Source of the DNA: a virus
Lineage: Duplodnaviria; Caudoviricetes
Virus record (IMG/VR): IMGVR_UViG_3300025663_000002
Location: 13,979-77,978 of that record
Length of the DNA stretch: 64,000 bases
Strand: one strand, 5' to 3'
The stretch's first letter is position 1; each line of letters begins with the position of its first letter. Under the pieces are notes generated by a model that made no database searches, had not been told where the DNA came from, and saw only the letters and a list, made by a program, of their open reading frames with translations. Positions 47,949 through 56,865 of the stretch are shown here, piece by piece. A program made the position numbers and the translations under genes.

Positions 47949-49448
47949 ATGGAATTATTCGGTTATAAAGTTGAAAAACAAATAGGTTCTGCGACGATTG
48001 AAAAGGGGTCAAACTCTTTCGTCCCGCCGGACTTAAACGATGGTTCCACTGTTATCAACGGTGGAGGAATAAACGCCTTCGCCACCAATTTTGACGTATC
48101 TTTCAAAAACCAGAAAGATTTGATTGGGCAATACAGAGAAACTTCACAAAATCCCGAGGCAGAACTTGCTATCGACGATGTTGTTAATGAAGCAATTGTA
48201 TTGGACCCATATAAGGACGCGGTATTGATTCATCTGGATAAACTAGATGCTTCAGATAATATCAAGAAAGTTATTACAGAAGAATTTGATGTAATTACTA
48301 GAAAACTAGAATTTAATAATTCTGGACCTGATATTTTTAAGCGTTGGTACGTTGATGGTGCTATTCACTATCACATAATTTTTGACAATGATAATGTCAA
48401 GAAAGGTATTAAGGAGTTGAGATATATCGACTCTATGGATATCAAGAAAGTAAAAGAAGTAACAAAAGATAAAGATAAAAATGGCATAGAAGTAGTTAAG
48501 AAAGTAGACGAATATTGGGTTTACAATACAGAAACTATGACTGGCATACAATCTTTAAGAGTTGCAGATGAGTCGATCGCCACTTCGGATAGTGGTTTAT
48601 TTGATTCAGGAAAAGAAGTTACATTGTCTTATTTACATAAAGCAATGAAACCTATTAATCAACTTCGTATGCTAGAAGATGCGATGGTGATTTACAGAAT
48701 TACAAGAGCACCAGAAAGACGTGTGTTCTATATTGATGTTGGTAATCTTCCTAAAACGAAGGCTGAGCAATATCTTAGAAACATCATGAACAAGTTTAAA
48801 AACAAAATGGTTTATGATGCTTCGACTGGTAAAGTCAAAGACGGTAAGAATTCAATGTCTATGATGGAAGATTTTTGGTTACCAAGAAAAGAAGGTGGGC
48901 GTGGTACTGAAGTTACTACATTGCCTGGTGGTCAAAACTTAGGTGATATGGACGACGTGATGTATTTTCAAAAGAAAGTATATCAAGCACTTCATGTTCC
49001 ACCATCTAGAATGGATCAAGACCAAACATGGGGATTTGGACGTTCTGGTGAAATTAGCAGAGACGAATTGAAGTTTACTAAGTTTGTTTCTAAGTTAAGA
49101 AAACGTTTTTCAGATTTATTCTTTACCTTACTTCGCACTCAATTGATTGCGAAGGGTATTATAAGTAAGAGTGAATGGAACGTTTATAGAGAACAAATTG
49201 AGTTCGTATTTGCGGATGATGGTTACTTTAGTGAAATAAAGAAACTTGAAATGATGAACCAAAGAATTGAAATGTTAGATACTATTACTAACGGTGAAAT
49301 GATTGGTCGTTACTACTCTATTGAATGGGTACGTAAGAACATCCTTATGCAAACGGACGAAGAAATTGCCGATATGGATAAGTTGATGGCAAAAGAAAAA
49401 GGAGACACACCTACAGATGATGAAGGTATGTCTACCGATACATATTAA
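47949..49448 (+). CDS. gp20: Portal protein gp20
   Basis: MELFGY, WYVDG, LSYLHKAMKPINQLRMLEDAMVIYRITRAPERRVFYIDVGNLPK, EDFWLPR.EGGRGTE. Confidence 0.98.
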   Translation: MELFGYKVEKQIGSATIEKGSNSFVPPDLNDGSTVINGGGINAFATNFDVSFKNQKDLIGQYRETSQNPEAELAIDDVVNEAIVLDPYKDAVLIHLDKLDASDNIKKVITEEFDVITRKLEFNNSGPDIFKRWYVDGAIHYHIIFDNDNVKKGIKELRYIDSMDIKKVKEVTKDKDKNGIEVVKKVDEYWVYNTETMTGIQSLRVADESIATSDSGLFDSGKEVTLSYLHKAMKPINQLRMLEDAMVIYRITRAPERRVFYIDVGNLPKTKAEQYLRNIMNKFKNKMVYDASTGKVKDGKNSMSMMEDFWLPRKEGGRGTEVTTLPGGQNLGDMDDVMYFQKKVYQALHVPPSRMDQDQTWGFGRSGEISRDELKFTKFVSKLRKRFSDLFFTLLRTQLIAKGIISKSEWNVYREQIEFVFADDGYFSEIKKLEMMNQRIEMLDTITNGEMIGRYYSIEWVRKNILMQTDEEIADMDKLMAKEKGDTPTDDEGMSTDTY

Positions 49449-49463
49449 AATTAAGGAAATATT

Positions 49464-49622
49464 ATGAGCAATTTAGAAAATTTAATTAAATACGCAAGAG
49501 AAAAGAAAGCAACTGCGTTTAAAGACACATTTACTGCAGAAATATCAGATAGAGTATCCGCAAAATTAGATTCAATGAAACAATCAATTGCTAAGACAAT
49601 GTTTGCTAAAGCAGATAAGTAA
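49464..49622 (+). CDS. gp67: Small prohead core protein (gp67-like); not in supplied ORF track (52 aa)
   Basis: Read by hand: MSNLENLIKYAREKKATAFKDTFTAEISDRVSAKLDSMKQSIAKTMFAKADK, AAGGA SD, position after gp20. Confidence 0.65.
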   Translation: MSNLENLIKYAREKKATAFKDTFTAEISDRVSAKLDSMKQSIAKTMFAKADK

Positions 49623-49637
49623 CTCCGGAGAAGATTC

Positions 49638-50123
49638 ATGAAAATGTTTAAACAAATAAGAGAAGAACTAGAAGACGAAACGTTGGATGTATATACGTTT
49701 ACTTCTGAGCAGTGGGACGAATTGTCAGAAGAAGAACAAGACGACTTTGAAGACTTTGAAGTTGACGGTGAATATGAAGCAGAAAACGGTTCTTCTATTT
49801 GGGTTGTTGGTGACGAAGAGTTTGATGTTTTAGGTGTTATGGATGACGAAGACGATATTGAAGAAGCAACTAAATATTCAGGGCGTTCTCGTAGACAAGT
49901 TCATATGACTCAAATTAAAAAACGTCGTATGAAAGGTCGCAATAGACAACAGAAACTTAAAACTAACATCAAACGTAAGAAGGCAAATAATAAAATTAAA
50001 ATCAAACGTAATAGATTAAAAATCACAAGACGTTTTGGTAGTGGTGATAAGTCTGGACGTTCTGGTAAGATTGGTGCTCAACGTAAGAGACGTGGTGGCA
50101 GAACAATTACACATAAAGGTTAA
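49638..50123 (+). CDS. gp68: Prohead core protein (gp68-like), acidic N-half and basic C-half
   Basis: Synteny 20-67-68-21; Arg/Lys-rich C-terminus as in gp68. Confidence 0.55.
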   Translation: MKMFKQIREELEDETLDVYTFTSEQWDELSEEEQDDFEDFEVDGEYEAENGSSIWVVGDEEFDVLGVMDDEDDIEEATKYSGRSRRQVHMTQIKKRRMKGRNRQQKLKTNIKRKKANNKIKIKRNRLKITRRFGSGDKSGRSGKIGAQRKRRGGRTITHKG

Positions 50124-50134
50124 AGGAGAATATT

Positions 50135-50371
50135 ATGAGATTAACAGAATCAATTAATAATGTATTGAATGAATCAATTCCAGGTCCAGTTTTAAAATCA
50201 GCAAAGAGTGATTTTAAAAAGGCAAAAGGAAGTTTTGACGGAGCAGTAGATTATCTAGGTGATATTGCAGACGATATCAGAACATATGATCCGAAGACTG
50301 CTGCACGAGTAACGGAATTATACAGACAGATGTTGAAGGTACAATCCACTTTCGGTAAAGTTAAACTTTAG
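50135..50371 (+). CDS. Small hypothetical, candidate internal head protein
   Basis: AAGGAG SD; within head gene cluster; N-terminal LTE/LNE motifs. Confidence 0.7.
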   Translation: MRLTESINNVLNESIPGPVLKSAKSDFKKAKGSFDGAVDYLGDIADDIRTYDPKTAARVTELYRQMLKVQSTFGKVKL

Positions 50372-50381
50372 GAGAAACGTT

Positions 50382-51023
50382 ATGAGACTAATTTCCGAAA
50401 TAAATGAATCAGTAAATTACATCACTGAAGGTAAAGGCAAAGACCTTTATATTGAAGGTGTATTTTTACAAGCAGATTTAAAGAATCGTAATGGACGTAT
50501 GTATCCTGGTGCGATTATGGAAACCGAAGTTAAACGTTATACTGAAACGTACATCGATAAGAAACGTGCGTTTGGTGAATTAGGACATCCTGATGGACCT
50601 ACGATTAACCTTGACCGTGTATCTCATATGATTACGGCATTAGTTAAAGAAGGAAGTAACTACATTGGTAAAGCAAAAGTTACGGACACTCCTCACGGAA
50701 ACATTGTAAAGAATTTAATTAACGAAGGAGCTCAACTAGGTGTATCATCACGTGGTATGGGTACGTTAAAGGCCAATAAACAAGGAATTCAAGAAGTACA
50801 AAGTGACTTCTACCTTGCTACTGCCGCAGATATTGTGGCAGACCCCTCTGCACCAGATGCATTTGTAAATGGCATCATGGAAGGAAAGGAATGGGTTTGG
50901 GACAACGGAGTTATCAAGGAACATGATATTGCAGAAATGAAGAAAGAGATTGAGTCTACGAGTAAATCTAAACTAACTGGTTTAGAAGCACGTATTTTCG
51001 AGAAATTTATGAGTGGTTTGTAA
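50382..51023 (+). CDS. gp21: Prohead protease gp21
   Basis: LYIEGVFLQA..KNRNGR.Y, AFGELGHP, INLDRVSH, LGVSSRGMG, DIVADPSAPDAFV. Confidence 0.97.
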   Translation: MRLISEINESVNYITEGKGKDLYIEGVFLQADLKNRNGRMYPGAIMETEVKRYTETYIDKKRAFGELGHPDGPTINLDRVSHMITALVKEGSNYIGKAKVTDTPHGNIVKNLINEGAQLGVSSRGMGTLKANKQGIQEVQSDFYLATAADIVADPSAPDAFVNGIMEGKEWVWDNGVIKEHDIAEMKKEIESTSKSKLTGLEARIFEKFMSGL

Positions 51024-51053
51024 TAAATAGTTAATTGTTAAAGTAATTAGTTT

Positions 51054-51061
51054 TATAAATA
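51054..51061 (+). promoter_or_regulatory. T4-type late promoter
   Basis: TATAAATA upstream of gp22. Confidence 0.8.
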
Positions 51062-51123
51062 ATAGTAATTAGAAATAAAAACTAATTTAAGATTATAATC
51101 AAAATATATTAGGAGAACCTAAG

Positions 51124-52197
51124 ATGAAGTTAAAAACAGAAACTGGCGAAATGTTAGTTCTAGATGAAGCACAGGAATTTTATATTTCTGAAGATGCTAA
51201 ATCTGACACTTCAATTGATGTATCTGAAGTTGATGCGTTATTAGAGTCTGGCGATTTAGAAATCGTTGCAGAAGAGTCTGATGAAGTTGTTGAAGCAGCT
51301 GCACCAAAAGCAACTAAGTTAAAGAAGAAAAAGATTAAGGCAGATGGTTCTGGCGAAGTTGAAGTATTCGAAGACGAAGACGAAGATGGTGACGACGAAG
51401 ACGAAGATGACGAAGTTGAAGAAGACAAAAAAGTTATTGCTAAAGAAGAAGTAGAGTTAGAAGTAGATGTTAAGGAAGACATGAACGCATTGTTCGACGG
51501 TCAAGAATTAACTGAAGATTTCAAAACTCGTACAACTTTAGTATTTGAAACTGCTGTTAAATCAAACGTTAAAGCAAATTTAGCATTAATTGAAGAGAAG
51601 ATGGAAGCAGAATTAACTGCTAAAACTGATGCTCTTTTAGAAGATGTTACTGCTAAACTAGACGGATACCTTGATTACATGGTAACTGAATGGGTTGAAG
51701 AGAATGCTGTTGCGGTTGAAAATGGACTTAAAAATGAAATCCTTGAAGATTTTGTTGGTGGTTTACAGACATTATTTGCTGAAAATTACATTGAGATTCC
51801 AGAAGACAAATTCAACGTAGTTGATGAGCAAGCAATTGAAATTGCTGGTCTTAAAGAAGAATTAGACGCAGAAATGAATAAGAATGTGGAAGCACGTTCA
51901 GCATTGAATGATGCTACTGCGAAAGATATTTTCGGTACAGTTTCTGAAGATTTGACTATGACACAAGTTGAAAAACTTACTTCTCTTGCAGAAGGTGTTG
52001 TATTCGAAGACGCAGAGTCTTATACAGAAAAGTTAGAAACTCTGAAGGAAGCATACTTCCCTACAGAAGAAAGGAAAGAAGAAGTGATTGCTGAAGGTAA
52101 AACTGAAGTAAAAGATTCTGAAGAAATGAGCGAATCAATGAAACGCATCGTATCTTCACTTTCAAGTTCAAAAGAAGCAAGCATCTTAGGTGCTTAA
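51124..52197 (+). CDS. gp22: Prohead core scaffold gp22
   Basis: Acidic; LTEDFK....VFETAV, DGYLDYMVTEWVEEN, LFAENYIEIPEDK, KLETLKEAYF. Confidence 0.93.
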   Translation: MKLKTETGEMLVLDEAQEFYISEDAKSDTSIDVSEVDALLESGDLEIVAEESDEVVEAAAPKATKLKKKKIKADGSGEVEVFEDEDEDGDDEDEDDEVEEDKKVIAKEEVELEVDVKEDMNALFDGQELTEDFKTRTTLVFETAVKSNVKANLALIEEKMEAELTAKTDALLEDVTAKLDGYLDYMVTEWVEENAVAVENGLKNEILEDFVGGLQTLFAENYIEIPEDKFNVVDEQAIEIAGLKEELDAEMNKNVEARSALNDATAKDIFGTVSEDLTMTQVEKLTSLAEGVVFEDAESYTEKLETLKEAYFPTEERKEEVIAEGKTEVKDSEEMSESMKRIVSSLSSSKEASILGA

Positions 52198-52225
52198 CAT
52201 TTATAGTTAATAAGGAGAAAACATA

Positions 52226-53419
52226 ATGTTTTTATCAGAAGAAATTAAAGATAAGTGGCAGCCGGTTATGGAGCATGCAGATGTTCCAAGCATTAAAGAT
52301 GCTACTAAACGTGCAATCACTTTACGTCTTTTAGAAAATCAACAAACTGCGTTAGATGAAGCTAACGTTACAGGTGCTAATGTAGATAACTGGGATCCTA
52401 TCCTAATCTCATTAGTTCGTCGTACTATGCCACAATTAATGGCATATGACACAATTGGTGTACAACCAATGTCAGGTCCTACAGGTCTTATCTTTGCAAT
52501 GAAATCTCATTACACTGGTGAAGCATCTACTGGTGCTGAAGCACTTACTTTACCTGCTGGAGCTCCTGATACGGACTTCGCTGGTGACGATGGTACTGCT
52601 GATGCAATGACTACTGCTCAAGGTGAAGCATTAGGTGGATTTGGTGGCGGTGCTACTACTTACAACGAAATGTCTTTCTCAATTGAGAAGTCTAGTGTTA
52701 CAGCTAAGACTAAGGCTCTTAAAGCAAAATACTCTTTAGAGTTAGCACAAGACCTTAAAGCAATCCACGGTTTAGATGCTGAGACTGAATTGTCTAACAT
52801 CCTTTCTGGTGAGATCCTTGCTGAAATCAATCGTGAAATCATCACTACTATTAGTTCACAAGCAACTGCTGGTGCAACTACTGGTACTACTTTAGCAGGA
52901 ACGTTTGACGTTGCTGATGCAGTTGATAACCGTGGTGCTCGTTGGGGTGGTGAACGTTATAAGTCACTACTTGTACAAATCAACCGTGAAGCAAACTTAA
53001 TTGCTAAGAACACTGGTCGTGGACGTGGTAACTGGTTAATCGTATCTCCAGATGTTGCATCTGCTCTTGATATGGTTTCTGGTCTTGCTGAGCCTTCAAT
53101 GTCTCTTGACAATGGTGCTCAACCTGACGTTACTAACAGTGTATTCGCTGGTACATTAGGTGGTAAGTTTAAGGTTTACGTTGACCAATTTGCATCTGCT
53201 GATACAGTAGTTGTAGGTTTTAAAGGTTCTAACATGTATGATGCTGGTATGTTCTACTGCCCATACGTTCCTTTACAAATGATGAAGTCAATCGGTGAAG
53301 AAGATTTCCAACCGCGTCTTGGATTCAAGACTCGTTATGGTATGACTCATAACCCATTTGCGACTGGTACTGCTGGTGCAAACCCGTACTTCCGCAAGTT
53401 TACTGTTACTAACCTGTAA
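52226..53419 (+). CDS. gp23: Major capsid protein gp23
   Basis: KWQPVM, LLENQ, PILISLVRR.MP, GVQPMSGPTGLIFAM, KALKAKYSLELAQDLKAIHGLDAE.EL, FYCPYVPL, GFKTRYG. Confidence 0.98.
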   Translation: MFLSEEIKDKWQPVMEHADVPSIKDATKRAITLRLLENQQTALDEANVTGANVDNWDPILISLVRRTMPQLMAYDTIGVQPMSGPTGLIFAMKSHYTGEASTGAEALTLPAGAPDTDFAGDDGTADAMTTAQGEALGGFGGGATTYNEMSFSIEKSSVTAKTKALKAKYSLELAQDLKAIHGLDAETELSNILSGEILAEINREIITTISSQATAGATTGTTLAGTFDVADAVDNRGARWGGERYKSLLVQINREANLIAKNTGRGRGNWLIVSPDVASALDMVSGLAEPSMSLDNGAQPDVTNSVFAGTLGGKFKVYVDQFASADTVVVGFKGSNMYDAGMFYCPYVPLQMMKSIGEEDFQPRLGFKTRYGMTHNPFATGTAGANPYFRKFTVTNL

Positions 53420-53486
53420 TAGTTAAAAAGTTTCCCCTACCTTGGGAAAACCGTTGAGTCTATACCTAAACCCATAGACTCTCATG

Positions 53487-53511
53487 AAACCCCCTTAATT
53501 GGGGGTTTTTT
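53487..53511 (+). terminator. Rho-independent terminator after gp23
   Basis: aaaccccc-ttaatt-gggggttt plus T run. Confidence 0.9.
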
Positions 53512-53530
53512 GTGGGCGATTATAAATTAT

Positions 53531-53538
53531 TATAAATA
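53531..53538 (+). promoter_or_regulatory. T4-type late promoter
   Basis: TATAAATA upstream of gp3, very close to its ATG. Confidence 0.65.
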
Positions 53539-53543
53539 TAGGT

Positions 53544-54026
53544 ATGAAAAATCAAAATTTAAACCTCGCAAAATCAACCAATTATAAATTAGTTATTGGG
53601 GCAATCCCAGGCGTTGACCTATGGTTGAAAACAGCAATGTTGCCTACAATTACAACAAACGAAGTTCCAATCGCAAACCCAGTTGTTGGTAATATTTACA
53701 GACCTACTTCTACTCCAGTTTATGCACCATTAATGGTAACGTTTCTTGTTGATGAAGATTTGAGTAATTATAATGAAGTATTAAAATGGATGTATGAATC
53801 ATCAGGTCCGGATGCATCAAAACGAACGGTAAATGACGCAGATATGATGCATGATGCATCACTACACATTCTATCAAATAACAAGAATGCTACTGATATG
53901 GTATATACATTCCATAATATGTTCCCAACTATTCTTGGAGAATTGCAGTTTAATAATGAATCGGCAGAAGAACTCCTTACCGATATAACACTTCAATTCG
54001 ACTATATGACATTTACTCAAAAATAA
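53544..54026 (+). CDS. gp3: Tail completion / tube terminator gp3
   Basis: LMVTFLVDEDLSNYNEVLKWM, DASLHILSNN, FPT.LGELQF; position after gp23 and before uvsY. Confidence 0.75.
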   Translation: MKNQNLNLAKSTNYKLVIGAIPGVDLWLKTAMLPTITTNEVPIANPVVGNIYRPTSTPVYAPLMVTFLVDEDLSNYNEVLKWMYESSGPDASKRTVNDADMMHDASLHILSNNKNATDMVYTFHNMFPTILGELQFNNESAEELLTDITLQFDYMTFTQK

Positions 54027-54027
54027 C

Positions 54028-54056
54028 TTGACATTTAGACAAAAGTATAGTATAAT
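54028..54056 (+). promoter_or_regulatory. Consensus sigma70 promoter for uvsY-uvsW
   Basis: TTGACA (54028-54033), 17 bp, TATAAT (54051-54056). Confidence 0.9.
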
Positions 54057-54062
54057 ATCTAT

Positions 54063-54473
54063 ATGAATATAGAACAATTAGAAACCCAAGTAGATAAAGA
54101 TTTATACCTAGACGAAACAATTCTAGCAAAAGAATCTTTAGCAACACCACTCAAACACAACAAATACCTTAAAATGGTACTTCGTGAACGTTTGAAATTA
54201 AAGAAATTAAAAACCGAACTATATAGAGTATCATTAGGTAGAACTAACTATTACAACGGAAACGACCCAGACCCATATGAATATGTGTTAAAGGACAGAG
54301 AAGTTAAAGAATACGTTAAGATTGACCCAATGGTGGTTGAGGCAGATGCCCGAGTTGCACTACAAGAAGAATTAGTTAAATATCTAGACGAAGTTTGTAA
54401 AATGTTTGTGATACGTGGGTTTGCGATAAAGAACGCTTTAGACGTAATGAAATATCATCAAGGGTTGGTATAA
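54063..54473 (+). CDS. uvsY: Recombination mediator UvsY
   Basis: DLYLDET.L..ESL.TP.KHNKY, RGFAIKNA; precedes uvsW. Confidence 0.88.
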   Translation: MNIEQLETQVDKDLYLDETILAKESLATPLKHNKYLKMVLRERLKLKKLKTELYRVSLGRTNYYNGNDPDPYEYVLKDREVKEYVKIDPMVVEADARVALQEELVKYLDEVCKMFVIRGFAIKNALDVMKYHQGLV

Positions 54474-54480
54474 TTAAATT

Positions 54481-55959
54481 ATGAGTGATATAGTAGTAAC
54501 AATTAAAGATGATGTATTTTTACGAGTAGAATCGGAAATGGGTATTGCTCATGAACTATCTTCTTTCTTTACGTTTGAAGTACCAGGCGCAAAGTTTATG
54601 CCTGCATACAGGTCAAGGCAGTGGGACGGAAAAATAAGATTGTTCAACGTATTTGGTGGCGAAGTTTATGTGGGACTAATAAACTATATCATTGAGTTTG
54701 CTAAACATCGTAATTACACAATAGAATACCCTCAATTAGGAGACCAAGAGTCCCTTGAATCAACTGAGACGTTTATTAAGGGGTTAAATCCGCACTCTAA
54801 TGGAAACCCTATACTACCCTACGACTATCAAATAAACGCCGTTAATTGGGGGATTACGGAGTCCAGAGCACTCCTATTATCTCCAACATCGTCAGGCAAA
54901 TCTTTCATGATTTACGCATTGACTCAATACTACCGAAAGAAGTTAAACGAGAAGATTTTAATTATCGTACCTACTACATCGTTGGTTGAACAATTATATA
55001 AAGACTTTAAAGATTATGCGTCTGAATTAGACCCAACGTTCTCCGAGGACAACGTTCATAGAATTTATTCTGGTAAAGAAAAAGTTACAGATAAACAAAT
55101 CATTATCACTACATGGCAATCAATTTATAAATTAAAGAAACCATTCTTTGAACAGTTTGGGTGTGTTATCGGTGACGAAGCACATAACTTTAAAGCAAAA
55201 TCATTAACAAGTATTTTAACGAAAATGACTGATTGTAAATATAAGTTTGGATTCACTGGTACACTTGATGGGACGACTACACATAAATTAGTGCTTGAGG
55301 GATTATTTGGTGCTATCAGAAAGGTAACTACTACTAAAGAATTAATGGATTCTGATACAATTTCAAAGTTACACATTGAAGCAATTACCTTTAAATATGA
55401 TGACGCAGAAAGAAAGTTCGTAAAACCGATGACATATCAAGAAGAAATTGATTTTCTAATTGGACATGTAAAACGTAATAAATTTATTTGCGATTTAACT
55501 TTAAGTAGAACTAAAAATACATTAGTGTTATTTCAATTTGTAGAAAAACATGGAAAACATTTATTCAATTACTTAAAAAAGAAAGAACCAAACAGACCAA
55601 TATTTTTCGTATCAGGGAGTACAAAAGTTGATGAAAGGGAACGTATTAGAGAGATTACCGAGAGTAGTTCAAATGCCATTATTGTTGCTTCATACGGTAC
55701 TTATTCTACTGGTATCAATATTCGCAATCTTCATAACATTATTTTTGCTCACCCCAGCAAGTCTCGTATCAGAAATTTACAGTCAGTTGGTAGAGGTTTA
55801 CGAAAGAGTGAAGGAAAAGGTAAAGCAACGTTATTTGACATAAGTGACGACTTATCATGGAAGAAACACAAGAACTTTTCATTGAAACATTTCATTGAAA
55901 GAATAAAGATTTACAACACAGAAAAATTTGATTATAAACTAAGGACAATAAAATTATGA
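54481..55959 (+). CDS. uvsW: SF2 DNA helicase UvsW
   Basis: FTFEVPGAKFMP...WDGKIRL, SPTSSGKS, IGDEAH, GFTGTL, LQSVGRGLR. Confidence 0.97.
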   Translation: MSDIVVTIKDDVFLRVESEMGIAHELSSFFTFEVPGAKFMPAYRSRQWDGKIRLFNVFGGEVYVGLINYIIEFAKHRNYTIEYPQLGDQESLESTETFIKGLNPHSNGNPILPYDYQINAVNWGITESRALLLSPTSSGKSFMIYALTQYYRKKLNEKILIIVPTTSLVEQLYKDFKDYASELDPTFSEDNVHRIYSGKEKVTDKQIIITTWQSIYKLKKPFFEQFGCVIGDEAHNFKAKSLTSILTKMTDCKYKFGFTGTLDGTTTHKLVLEGLFGAIRKVTTTKELMDSDTISKLHIEAITFKYDDAERKFVKPMTYQEEIDFLIGHVKRNKFICDLTLSRTKNTLVLFQFVEKHGKHLFNYLKKKEPNRPIFFVSGSTKVDERERIREITESSSNAIIVASYGTYSTGINIRNLHNIIFAHPSKSRIRNLQSVGRGLRKSEGKGKATLFDISDDLSWKKHKNFSLKHFIERIKIYNTEKFDYKLRTIKL

Positions 55960-56267
55960 ATATATCAGTCGTACACATGAAACACACAGGAACAGAAGTT
56001 ATCTGTGACCTAATTGAAATGAATGAAGAGAACATGGCAATCACCATTAAAGACCCACAGACAATTGGAGTTGTATCCCAAGAAGGAAATAAAGTTCAAA
56101 TGGGATTTAATCCATTCTTAATGAGCTGTAAAGATAACATCATCCATATTTCATTAAATGATATTTTGTTCATCGCAGAAGCATCAGAACAAATTGCAGA
56201 GAACTATGAACAAATGTTTGGTGTTGGTTCTGGTCTAATTCAACCTAAAAGCAAAATAATTACATAA
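55956..56267 (+). CDS. Conserved T4-like hypothetical after uvsW (Sm-like beta protein)
   Basis: 4 bp overlap with uvsW; beta-rich 103 aa ending YEQMFG; usual position in marine T4-like genomes. Confidence 0.75.
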   Translation: MNISVVHMKHTGTEVICDLIEMNEENMAITIKDPQTIGVVSQEGNKVQMGFNPFLMSCKDNIIHISLNDILFIAEASEQIAENYEQMFGVGSGLIQPKSKIIT

Positions 56268-56271
56268 TCGC

Positions 56272-56300
56272 TTTACTTTCACAGAATTGTATAGTATAAT
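56272..56300 (+). promoter_or_regulatory. Sigma70-type promoter facing the ORF-free interval
   Basis: TTTACT (56272-56277), 17 bp, TATAAT (56295-56300); also TATAAATA at 56318-56325. Confidence 0.7.
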
Positions 56301-56325
56301 AGTTGTTATATTACGCATATAAATA

Positions 56326-56790
56326 ACAATTTCTGCCTAGAACGTGAAACCTAGGATAGTAGCAATTCTGTGAAGTGAGCAGACTATAATATTCGACATA
56401 CTGAATTGAGGTCTGTAATTTGATACCACCGTGTAAGTGGTTAAATAATTAAGATAATCGTGTCAGGGTATCACCACGTATTGGTTTTATTACCCGTTAG
56501 AGATAAATGAGTTTACATTTAGTGGCAAACAGGAAACCGTAACCTGTCTCTTAATTTCTTCACGCGTCGTTAAAGACATATCTAATAAGTTATTCTAAAA
56601 TAATAGAACAAGGAGCAATCTTTGATTGCGACTTCTAACGAACGAAGTGAGTTAGAAAGGTAAAGTGATGTATGATTATCTTTCTTAATGTATATTAACT
56701 GTTCTTATCTTTTTACTACATGTAATAATGGTACTACACCTTCTAACTCACTTCGCTCGTTAGATCTCCCTTCGGTCGAGCTTTATATTA
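56326..56790 (+). ncRNA. Candidate structured non-coding element (ncRNA or replication origin), family unknown
   Basis: No ORF of 60 aa or more in ~600 bp; promoters at the 5' end; several hairpins and a 24 bp inverted repeat. Confidence 0.35.
56634..56764. repeat. 24 bp inverted repeat with self-complementary arms
   Basis: tctaacgaacgaagtgagttagaa (56634-56657) vs ttctaactcacttcgctcgttaga (56741-56764): 23/24 complementary. Confidence 0.9.
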
Positions 56791-56802
56791 ATTTCTAAAT
56801 AC

Positions 56803-56831
56803 TTTACTTTTCATTCTTTTTAGGGTATAAT
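56803..56831 (+). promoter_or_regulatory. Sigma70-type promoter for gp55-gp47-gp46
   Basis: TTTACT (56803-56808), 17 bp, TATAAT (56826-56831). Confidence 0.8.
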
Positions 56832-56865
56832 ATATCTAATAACATAATTTCAGAAGGATAGTCTA

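Noticed and set aside
51360-51430. gaagac/gacgaa microrepeats
   Set aside because: Encode the normal acidic tract of scaffold gp22
56376-56865. Group I intron-like P7 pair (cAGACTAt at ~56380 and gaTAGTCT at ~56857)
   Set aside because: Second element is the gp55 SD spacer with no room for P9; flanking genes are intact and no other core elements were found
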